Source: Amphiscolops sp. MND2022
Lineage: Eukaryota
NCBI GenBank assembly: GCA_964187785.1
Contig: OZ076409.1
Location: 92,568,001-92,632,000 of the forward strand
Direction: 5' to 3'
DNA length: 64,000 bases
The stretch's first letter is position 1, and every line of letters starts with the position of its first letter. A model generated the notes under the pieces. That model made no database searches, was not told the origin of the DNA, and saw only the letters and a program-made list of their open reading frames with translations. The position numbers and the translations under genes are program-made. Of the stretch, positions 1 through 10,778 are shown in pieces.

Positions 1-8
1 AAGCTATT

Positions 9-1675
9 TGACTCACGCTGCCGCCTGTGACGGAAATTGGTACTCAGTTGGATACAATCATGGCACTCTCCCTGGTACGCTGCCGATAAATTGAAGAGAA
101 GGACTGTGTGTCCTGCAGCCATGAAGAAACAAACTACGAACTTATTTCACTGTAATTTATTTTCATATGTTTACTGTTCTGTTTTTGGCCTTAACGGCTT
201 TAAGTCTAGAATTTTGTGTAGTAATTAACCGGAAATAGCATTGTTATATTTTGATGGTTTCAAAGTTGATTTCAATGTATTAGCGCATATATAGATTATA
301 TGTTTGTATACGTTAGTTGAGAAATTGGACACCAAGGCGTACAGGCAGAGGAAACTAATTCAAATGTTTCCTCTCCTGTCCCACTAGACGCGCTGTCCGT
401 CCAATTTCTCAGCCAATCACAGTGCACTATTCATTTATTCATTTTATGCCGTGCTTTAATTAAAGACTCAAGGGCTACATGCTGTCAATAAACGGCTGAG
501 TGCTATCGAGTAACGACGCGTGGACATTGAGTCCAAATTTGAACAAAGATAATACTTGCAGTATTTATTAAAGTATACAAGCTGTACTAATTGTATTAGT
601 CCGCTTTTTTGATGGGGACCATTGAATTGTTCGCTCTAATCATGATCAAGACTCAATGTCGATTATGCACATTTAGACATGTAGTGTTCAGCATATAAAC
701 TGTTGCCGTTCAAATATAGTTGAAAGAAGTGTTTCGTTGTAACTACATGTACATGTTGGAGACCTTGAAAGGCACTTAGACTTATTGTCCTTCTATATAT
801 AGAGTTGTTGGAGGTGCTTGCAGGTGAACTACCCCTTTGATGTAGTACTTTCGTCATGCTGCCTTCAAAGCTATAAATAGTAGGTGCTATTTATAGTTAC
901 AACTCAGGTTATTTTTAGTATCATGACCTGAGGTATTTTGAGTGTCATGCAACTACTAGTTTATATACCACGGACCCTAAGTCCAAAGGACACAATTTGA
1001 CAAACCGCAATATTATCAGTTCACCATTTTTGATTATACTCAGATACAAAATATTAACCGTTTCGTTGTTAATAACTGGTTACTAGAATAATTTGAATAT
1101 TACCTCTAGTACAATCATTTATGCCTTCCACAAGTAGACAGAAAGCTAAGGCAAGAAAGTTTACAGACATGGACATGATGTCCGATATAGATAACTTGGA
1201 CGTAATGTTAGGTAATGGGAGTGAAAATCCTATTGAGAGAGAATTAGCAGATGCAATCGAACAGTCCTCTGTCCAAGGAGACTACGAGGGAAATGAGTAC
1301 CAAAGGAACAATTATAGCTTCGTACAAGAAAATGAGCCGATGAGACATAATGAAGTTAGACAGTCCTTTGAAACTTTTACAAATGAATTCAACCTTAGAT
1401 TGTCTCAAGAGATGGATTCCATGATGTTCATTGTCCATAACCAGATAAACAGAGCACTTAGCACTGCTATATCAGAAAGGGTGATCCCAGAAATCCAAAA
1501 CATTGTGAGTTGAATGTCATCTTCAGGGAACAGGGACATTTGTCCCCCGGGGGACTACTAGGGCCTAGTAGTCAGGAGAATAAGGAAAACTCATCTGGTT
1601 TGAAAACAAAAATATTGAAAAAGGACTTACGATCCGATGGTGATTTGAGAGACACCACAGGACGTGGCCCTTACA
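9..1675 (+). repeat. 5' LTR of element A (~1.67 kb)
   Basis: Highly similar to 10706..12347; ends CCTTACA, immediately followed by TGGTG. Confidence 0.93.
872..880 (+). promoter_or_regulatory. Candidate LTR TATA box (TATAAATAG)
   Basis: The same 9-mer lies ~250-290 nt upstream of the gag ATG in LTRs of A (872; also in the 3' LTR), B (30231..30239, -) and D (50640..50648, -). Confidence 0.55.
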
Positions 1676-1687
1676 TGGTGATAGGAG
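1676..1687 (+). promoter_or_regulatory. Primer binding site of element A (TGGTGATAGGAG, tRNA-Leu-like)
   Basis: TGG directly after LTR end; B has TGGTGACAGGAG; resembles the tRNA-Leu PBS TGGTGTCAGGAG. tRNA identity not verified. Confidence 0.8.
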
Positions 1688-2804
1688 CTAACGAAGCCCA
1701 ACAGCAAATTCCCGAATTTCTCACTGGACGAATCCACTCAATCCCAAACCTGGAGAGACAGCAATCAAACCACAATGTCTCTCTGTTCACCACTCTGCCA
1801 GCCCCAGAAACAGTTGCTCCTGAGACCCCCCAGGACGCTTTGAACTGACTGGCAGACGTCTTGGTCAACTTGCTAAACAAACCACAAACGATGACTATCC
1901 GACCAGTTCAAACCACGCCAATGACGTTTGATGGAAAAAGCGAGAAATTTGATTTTTTTGAAGATTTGTTCCACACGATGATTAAAATGCAACCGGCCAT
2001 GACAGAGCAAATGAAAATTAACCACTTTCATTCTTTGCTTAGGAAAGGGGCCCTGCAGACATTCAGGAACATAAATTCCATAAACCGCCAGACACTAGAA
2101 GACGAGTTAGTCATATTCCGGAGGAAATATGGAAAACCAGAATCCCAAGCAACGGCAAAACACAAATGGCAACGGCTGACTTTTGACCCGAATACCATGA
2201 AAATGCCGGATTTCTTAGAGGAAATCAACCAGGGGGCAGAAAAAGCTTTTGGTGAGAATGCGAAAAGTATGATTGACAGCTTATTGTACGCAAAACTACC
2301 TCCAAAACTAAAACGATCTGTCAACATGGCCCGCCTGGAGAACGGAACATATGAAGAAATTGTTGCTCATCTTGAAAGAGAGCTTGAACTTAATGCATTA
2401 GAAGAATCAGACGACTTACCAATGGCCACAATGGCCTCTGCTTCCACTAATAATAACAATCGGTTGTCCAACGGCATAAACACTAACAAGGACGCACAAT
2501 GCTTCAACTGTAAGGCCACTGGTCATTTTTATAAGAGCTGCCCTAAACTAAAAAAGAAAAAGGAACTGGAGGATAAAAACGGCAAAAAGCCCCAACGTCC
2601 AACATATCCAGAATGCCCCACATGTAAGAAAACCAATCACCCTGCTGAGCGGTGCTGGAAAGGAGCTGGGGCACATTTACGTCCCAAAAGGACACGACCC
2701 GAAGATAAAGCCGATGAAACCTCCGGGGATGAGAAATCGTCCAAAAAGTCAACTAACCCTGAAACTACATCCTCAGGCCAATCAAACGCACGTAAAGCCG
2801 ATTC

Positions 2805-2811
2805 AAAAAAC
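2805..2811 (+). promoter_or_regulatory. -1 ribosomal frameshift heptamer A_AAA_AAC at gag/pol junction
   Basis: In-frame X XXY YYZ directly before gag TAA; the -1 frame continues KLILPRL, like KLETPRL in D. Confidence 0.75.
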
Positions 2812-4856
2812 TAATTTTGCCACGACTCCAACTGTCCAACCAGATGTCAGTACGACAGTATGTCATATCTGACCCACCAAACATTATTTATAAAGAAACT
2901 CAAAATGACACCACAGGGGTACCATCGACTGTCTGACAGCACAGATGGATAATGCCCGTATGGAAACCCAATACATTATCCCAGTGACCATCCATACTTA
3001 TATCGACGCAATAACCACGATAAAGACTCAGAAACTTACTTTCGCCCTTTACAAATTGTCGAAGATTATGACCCTCGGTACTATGACCCCGAGTACGTCA
3101 AATATCCGTACTGAGATGACGACTTATACGACAAACGTAACTTACAGTTTCGTAATGACGACTACCCTCCAACTGACGATGAAGATGACCCGGACATTGT
3201 GGACAATACCATATCTCGGGCCCTCATCGAACTTTGGCAGCCAAATTTTGAAGCAACTTCACCAGAAGTGGAAACAATCCAATGGCAGGAAGACCAAGAG
3301 GACCCTACTAGCCTTCTAGATGAAACGGCCTTCTTGCACCTTTTATAAGCCAAGGAAGGAGCAACACCCTACGTTCCCCTTTAAACGAACCTTGGACTTA
3401 AATTCAAACGACGGATGCTCTACTTCCCAATGGATTTTGGGGAATTGACCTTGGACGGCCTAATCGACACTGGGGCCCACTCCAGTGCAATACCAGAAGC
3501 AGACCTCAGGAAAATACGCCTATTGGCCCCTCAATCCATAGTCAAAGAAGGTTCTGCTGCATCTTTCCAAATAATGGTCGCGAATGGAGATCCAGAAACC
3601 CCAAAGAGTACAGTCGAACTAAAATTTGAAGTGGGAGACATAGAATTACATGAAATCTTTATAGTGATGGAAAAATTGTCCAGCCCAATAATTGGACTGA
3701 TGTTCCTCCAAAGGAATCACACGGTCCTGGACATGCGCCAAGGTTTACTCAATTTTCCATACTTCTCAATGCAACTCAAAACGGCTGACCACAAATACTC
3801 AAATGTAGTGGAACCTATCCTCAACCCTGAGGAAGCCATAATTTCACCGAATGACCACGTAGTCATACCTATCCAATCTCAAATCTATGCAGAAAACGCA
3901 GTTACGGGTATACTACAACATAACCTTTCGTGCTGCTATAGTCACACTACATGAAGGGGCTATGAGCATACGCGTCAACAATTTCAACGATCAACCCTAC
4001 AAACTTAAGAAAAGGACGCATATTGCAAATTTCTCAGTAATGATCCCCAAACAGATGAAATATGTCAGACCAATAGACCCAGTGTCCACCTGGCATTTAT
4101 TGAACGAAAATGAGGAAGACGCTATTTACTATATGAGTAGTCTTCTCAAAGCCAACAGAAATAACGACCAATACGAACAAGACGCAGATCTTACACCGGA
4201 TCAGGCTCAAAAAATTTGTTCCAAATGTCCCACTAGAGGACAAGTACAATGAAGAAAAATTACAGCCCGACGAATCCATAATAATACCGAAAGATGACCT
4301 ATATACTTCTTCATGGGAAGCGGACTTTGAGTACGAGCAGTTTGAGCCGAGAAAAAATGATACGCCAGACACGGCCACGCCCATACCAAACGACGCCGCG
4401 AGCGGCGAAGTGGACTATTACGTCAACGAAGATGAACGCAGCAGCACGAACAATCATGAATGCAGCAGCAGCGACAAGAACGAAAACGACGTTACTGAGA
4501 AAGAAATACGGCCGAGACCGGCCATAAGCCGGGACTCGTCGTCCCCGCTGAGTGAAACACCGTGTGGGACAAAAAATGACAAAAGTGACGTAAACGAGAA
4601 TACAATAAGGCCGAGATCTGCCACCAGCCGAGACGTATCGTCCCCTCTGAATGAAACGCCTACTGGGACAGATAATGAAAATGACGTCACTAATGATTTA
4701 GAAAGCACAGAAATTGCTTCAAATGGAGGCGCAGATAATACCGTGCCCGGAATATCGGAAAATGAAAAAAGTGAAGAAAACTCTAGCCCTAGAGGAGGGA
4801 AATAAAACCTTCGGCCCAACCCCAACCCTAACTTTTCTGATGAATACAGATACTAA
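2810..4856 (+). pseudogene. pol: pol remnant of element A: aspartic protease, linker and C-terminal tail; RT/RNaseH/integrase deleted
   Basis: LDGLIDTGAHSSAI protease; jumps near 4180 to post-integrase sequence (DDLYTSSW; NLRPNPNPNFSDEYRY*) matching the D pol tail (DDLYAQSW; YNLRPNPNPNYSDSYRY*). Confidence 0.88.
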
Positions 4857-5108
4857 CAAGATATGTAAATTAATGTCCAGATTATTCCTGTGGACCGACA
4901 AACTGTATTACTATTTTTTCCTGGACATTACTGACTATATATATATAAAGGAAGACAATATCAAACAGACCAGATGGCCAAGAAATACAACAGAAAACAT
5001 TAAATTATACAACAAGTAACAGAAGCACAATTACCATACTAAATACAAATCATGCAACTACTAAACAAATGTACATTATGTACATTTAATTTTTAGAGCA
5101 TCCCGGCA

Positions 5109-8100
5109 TTAGTTTTCAGTAGGACCGGGCGCTTCAGTGTAGGAGGTTGTTCCAAACTTCACTCCCTTCTTGTTCTTAATCGGCGACCGATTGCGTGCGC
5201 GCCCTCCAGTACTGGAATTTGACGAGGCAGGGGACCGACTAGTAGACCGAGGTTTTTCTCGCAGAGCCATTTGTGCGGAAATAAGAGCCTTCTGGAAGTT
5301 GACTCTACCGAAACTATCTACGTGAGCCCAAGGATCTCCAGCAACGTTCCCTTCGGCAAAGCTAGACTCAAGCTGTCGATACTTGTCCAAGCAGGCTTCG
5401 GTGGTACACACGGCGACTGACCCAGCTACGTGAGAAAGATAAGACTGGGCTGGAAGGATGTCATCAGACAATCGGCAACGAGCATCACTGCTATCTACTC
5501 CTTAAAACCTAACAGCAGGCAAAGTGGGCAGTTGCGAAGTCAGACAGAGACAGCTTAACTGGAACAAAAAGAAGAGATGTTTACGAGATCTCAACTCGGG
5601 CATGGGGGAAAGCAAGCTGACCATGTCAGTAAAGGTCTCAGGGGCGTCACGGAAGTCCTCGTATTTATTCCGGAAAAAGTCCAGGAAATCAAGGTACTCG
5701 TCTCGGGCCTCAACCTCAGGAGTGTTGTCCACCAACTCACGAAGACTGAAGGAATAATAAAGGGTCGAAAAACAAGAGGCTGCTTCCTCATAAGGTACTG
5801 ACAAAAGAACCACAGGGTCGAAGCAACTCATACCCTTGACAATGTCAGAGTTGAAACTGATGTCGTCTGAGAACCGCTCGAGTAGGAAAACCAGATAATT
5901 GCGTGCTTTGACGACAAACTCCTCTTTGACTGACTCGACTGCGGCTTCAAAGTCTTTGTGTACACTTTCAGGGTCATCTACTTCTCGCTTGGCTCGGATT
6001 CGGCAAGCAGCGTCCAAATTTTCCCTTCAACTTAAGCCGATGGAAGAAATCTCGAGTAGAGAGCTGTGTAAGGGTTTGTTCTTGCAAGGCAAACAATCCT
6101 GTCCAATCTGATTCATCGGGCGAATGTTTGGGGAGCAGCGATCTGTAACACAGCTTTCGGACAAATTGTCGCAATTCCCGATATGTGATAAAGCCAGAAT
6201 CCTTGCGTCGTGACAAGCTTCCCTCAAAGCACTTGACATCTGGAAAACAACAATATCATTTGAAATACACAAGCATGAAAAAGACAGACCTCCAGTCCTC
6301 CTAGGCCAATTTAAGAACTGCCTACGTGTGAAAACATGCAAATATCTGAACTTGGTTTTACCAGTAGGATAAGGAGACAAATACTAACAGTCAAGGACAA
6401 TTCGGCCAAAGAACTCAAGCTTGAGGTGGAAGAATTTATCTCCAATGATGCTCCACTCGCGATTCTGAGCCCTGTGTCGGACCCCCTGATTTTCCTGTGT
6501 GGGAGCAGTGCTGATGCATGATCTTGGGTAACGAGAAAGTATCGAAACGGAAGGGGTATTGGATCCCCTTTGACAAGAGTTTAGATTGTTCTAATATTGG
6601 GATCAGCTCGTCGGAGGGGCACCCTGACACACTGACCATCTGCGGCTGTACAGACAAGAAAGAGAGAACACGAGCTATGGCAGTCAACATCCCAGCAGCA
6701 TGCTCGCTAGCCAAGCGGTAACGCATGAGTCGAACTGTGGACAAGCTGTCGCCCTTCCAAAAACGGATAGAAACTTCGCAGTATAAACCCACAGATTCAA
6801 ATTCCAAGGAGTATTTGCCCGAGTGGTTGACATGATGGGCAATTTCACTCACGCCGCAGAGGAAGATGTGGTGTAAGATGGTCTAAAAGTAAAAGGAAAA
6901 CTAAATGAATTGGCTAAAATTGTGATGCCTACCAGTCATTATTCCAAAAGAAGAGGATACTTACGGTCAACGTAGTCGCCCCCCAGTCAAGTGCAAAAAG
7001 GGTTCTTTGTGATTAGCTGCGACGCACACTTGATTCCACAAAGATTGCAAGACGAGGACGTCACCCCCACGGGGACCAAAGTATCCGATCAGGGAGATCT
7101 GCGTACAAAGTCTGATTTCCTCGAAGCTCGATGAAGAAGTGACCCCAGCCATGTAATCATCGTAGAACGGGTGCTTGTCCCCGATGTCTACTAAGACGGC
7201 GTTCTCGAACAGTGGCTTCTCCTTCTCCAGTTCAAGGGCAGTCAGAATATGTCCGTCTCTACCACGAAACTCATGTCTGAGTTGGCCTGTAACCTTGTCG
7301 ACGCTTCGTAGGTGCTCAAATCTCCAGCGTTGGTCCTTGCGAAGATGCGACTCTGACTGGTAGTGCCTAATGATCTCTCGTGCCCCTTTGGAGAAGATCG
7401 ATATGTTCGATTTACAAAGTTGGCAATAAAATTTATGCCTGTTGTGTTCAGGGTCTAACGGGCCAGTCACAAAAGTTCGGGTCCACTTGATGCCCTTAAA
7501 ATAGGCCTCCTTCATGACCTTGCCTGTGGAACCTGTCAGTCTGCGCCGCTTTCGTGTGCGCCTCGAGGTACTTGGTCCTTCTGGGGCCGGGCGTAACTGG
7601 GATAGGGGCTGATAGTCTGAGGCAGTAAATCCAGGACTAAGTGCAAGCTCTTCTGGTCTATTTGGAGCAGTTGTAAGAGGTGGATCACTGGTGGAGGCTA
7701 GAGGAGGTCTAACTTGCCTCGCAAAGAATTCATCGTCGGAACTGAGCGCCCTGCTAGTATACTCATCTGTAGTATGGCCCCCTCGACTCGGCTCATCTAC
7801 AGAACTCTCTGAGATGCTGCGGACCGTATTAGCCCCCCTAGGAATGAGCCCTCCACTGTACAGACGTCCTCCTGCTTTCAGGGTGTCACTAACCAATGTC
7901 TGGACTGTGCGGAGAGAAGTCGCCACAGCCTCATCTGAGATCACTTTCAACAAAGTGTGAAGTTGGGGCTCACTGAGGGCTAAAGTACGGTGGCCAATAG
8001 GCAGCCGAACTGGTGGGGCCTCGGAGAAATACTTTTTGAGTAAAACTCGTCCTGGAACAGTAAGGGTAGATGTGTCCTTCGGAAGACGTGCTTTTGCTAT

Positions 8101-8679
8101 CACACTGGAGATATCGTAATATTGGCCCCCTTCTAGCTCTTCTGGATGTGTAGCTTCTGGATCGAAAAACGTTGGGGCAATTAAAGTGGGCTTGTTAGCC
8201 GTAGTATCTGCTCCCGCGCTATCGTACAGATCTTCAACTTCGCTCGTGTCAGTCTGAAAGAAGTCTGCCTTGAGCTTAAATCGACTTGTTACACTCATTT
8301 CTTCTTCAGGCTTGTCTACATCAATCTCATCTCCCGGCAGACCTTCAATGTTAGTGAAGGTTTTGATGATGACATCAGACACAGATGATTTCGGGGCCTC
8401 TGGTGTAGTTGGTTGGACCTTTTTCCTGACATCTGGGGAGGAAAGGAATTACACCTCTGGCTGTTGTCCCAACTCTTGGAGCGTCCGTTCAACATAGGCG
8501 CTCACACTTTCTTCAGTGGAAGGACTGGGAGTCGGCGTCTCTTGACTGGCCCTAGAAGCCTCTTGGACGCTAGGTTGAGTCACAGCTGCTGCAACTTTGT
8601 CTGGATTCGCTGGTTGTTCACTTTCTGCTGTACTAGGAATCTGCAAGGTGTTCTCTTCTATTACGTTCATTGACGACAT
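5109..8679 (-). pseudogene. Antisense multi-exon accessory gene of element A: BED-like Zn finger plus hAT-transposase-like body
   Basis: ORFs 8449..8733, 6967..8382, 6436..6852, 5974..6216, 5502..6017 and 5109..5471 are collinear with the D gene; FYCQLCK..RHYQSESH finger; GT-AG intron 6883..6964, donor 6388, acceptor 6240; several stops and frameshifts. Confidence 0.8.
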
Positions 8680-9975
8680 GTCTAAATAGTAAGAGAAAAG
8701 ATCAAGCGGGAACCTTCCTGAATTGAAGTCCATTTACCGCGCTAAGAAATCTTCCGGAAGTAAATTTGTTTGAACACTTGTGAACACTTGTGTTAAGTGA
8801 ACAGGAAGTCTATGAAAGTAATTAGAGCCCTGCTCAAGCCTAATTCCTTTTCAAATTTAAAAGAACATCAGCTTACTCGGTATTGTGGAAGGGTCAGAAT
8901 TAGCTCAGCTATTGCAAAGAAGGTGTCGAGTCCGAGGGAGAAGTTTACTGCAACAGAGGAGTTTGGATCGTGAATGCAACTGTCTAGAGCCACTAGAACG
9001 TTCCTGGGATTTGTTTGGTGATGTCCTGTGGGGGAAAGGTTGATAGCTAAAGTTGGTTGGGAACGACCAAAGTAAGGACTGAAGGTCGATTGTCCGAGGA
9101 AATCCGAGTAAATCCACAAGGACAGGGACGAATGGACACTGAGTCCTTAGGAGATTGTGAAGTAAAGAGATACAATTAAAATGCGAATCAAAGACTAACT
9201 ATCGACTAAATATAAGATGGATAAATACGATGCTGATTAAATACTGGATAAAAGAAGAATAAAAGTAGTGGAATTGAAAGTAAGGAATTGAAAAGATGAA
9301 TAGACGATGTGACAAGATATCAAGGTTGGAGTTCGTGGCTATACAGTTTGTTGTCAAATTTGTTGCTATTTACTTTTTACAGCATTATGTGGATAAAGTC
9401 TGCCAGCAATATCTACATTATTTCCCGTTATTTCGAAAATGTTGCCATTTTTACAAAACTATTTCTTGATTTTATTTCATTTTATTTTATTTTATTTGTT
9501 TTCAAGGTCATTTCATATTTTTCATTAAACGGAATTGCGGCCTTGGAAGGCCATTTTGATGCGACAAGGAATTTGCTGCTCTTCTATTGGCCGCTCAGAT
9601 CAAGAAGGACAGCGTGGCCTTCAGACGTATCTTCACCTACTCGAAACCCTCAAGTGGCTGATGAGTGTTAATAAACAATTGAAGAAACACTTCCAAATCA
9701 AGAGTATTGACAAAGTTAATGGAGATAAACGGGGCGAGCGGCGGCGGTATCAAAGTGGACCTAGCGGTTACTTGAAAGAGTGAAAGAGATGGAAATGTGT
9801 TATGAGGTATTTAGGAGCCGCAAGGAATGTAATTCCCCGGGAAAAGTGAAACGGAGAAACCGTGAGTCGACAGAGGTCAGAAACGCCATTATTCTTGTTC
9901 CTCTGTTGAAAACCAGCTGCTTCCTAATAGGAAAACCTAATCAAGATTGCAAAGAAAATCTTTAAAAACCGAGCC

Positions 9976-10778
9976 GTGTCTGATATGCCTGAGACTTTCC
10001 CTATGGACTTCACTGGCGCAGCAAAATCGGACGGAGAACCTGCGATCATCTGCATATCTAGCGACGAAGAAGAAATGGAGATCCTCAGCTCATACTCTGC
10101 GGACGGTTTGTATCTGTCGTCAGAAGACGAGACTGAAGAAGTTAAACTTATGGCTAGATGTATCGAGAGGCAACTTGCAGAGCCTATCCCAATTCCGTCT
10201 TCCTCAGCCAGCCTTTCACAGAAGAGACCTGTGACACCTAGACCCAATGTGCTGCCTTTTCCCATTTTTGGGGAGAAATATATCGATCTGGCAAGAGGAA
10301 ATGGGCCAGTAAGCAGAGATAGTAGGGTCAGAACTAATCACCCTATAAACATCTGCCGCAATTTAGTGCCACAAGTGGACACCCCGCTATCGCCGCCTGA
10401 AAAGGATAAAAGGCCTCAATACTTCAATGATTCGTTTGACAGCTCATCATCCTCTGTAGCTACATCAATGGAGACAGTTACAAGCCATTTCGACGGGATG
10501 GCCTTAGCAGAATCGCCCTACTTGCCCGGTTATTCAGACTGTATAATATGCGGAAAGCCAGTACAACAAATCCAGGAAGAGACAGTGAACGACTACTTGG
10601 ACAGGACGGTGGTGGTAGGAGAGACTTCAGCAGAAACCTAAGCGAGGAGAAGAGCGTTCTTAGATGGCATGAATGCAGGCGCCTTTCTACTTATGCCAGG
10701 GGGAGTGTCACAGGCTGCTGCCTGTGACGGAAATTGGTACTCAAATGGATACAATTATGGCCGCTGCCGAGAAATTGA
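9976..10778 (+). pseudogene. Accessory ORF3 of element A (unknown protein, CxxCGK domain) running through the PPT into the 3' LTR
   Basis: After the premature TAA at 10639 the frame continues ARRRAFLDGMNAGAFLLMPGGVSQAAACDG; aligns with D ORF 51364..52422. Confidence 0.8.
10698..10705 (+). promoter_or_regulatory. Short polypurine tract of element A (AGGGGGAG)
   Basis: Purine run immediately before the TGTCAC start of the 3' LTR. Confidence 0.7.

Larger units (their letters stand above)
1121..2814 (+). pseudogene. gag: gag of element A, starting inside the 5' LTR; disrupted
   Basis: ORF pieces 1121..1513, 1510..1848 and 1861..2814 join into one Gag (the 3' LTR copy 11803..12315 repairs the first lesion); two CCHC knuckles CFNCKATGHFYKSC and CPTCKKTNHPAERC. 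Confidence 0.88.

Noticed and set aside
4480..4690. ~33-aa duplication in the pol tail of A as a functional domain
   Set aside because: Local tandem duplication in a low-complexity tail, absent from D
5109..8733. Antisense gene as an independently nested hAT transposon
   Set aside because: No TIRs or 8-bp TSD seen, and a diverged homologue sits at the same position and orientation in D
9976..10641. ORF3 as an env gene
   Set aside because: Position fits env, but no signal peptide or transmembrane segment is evident; acidic/disordered with a CxxC domain
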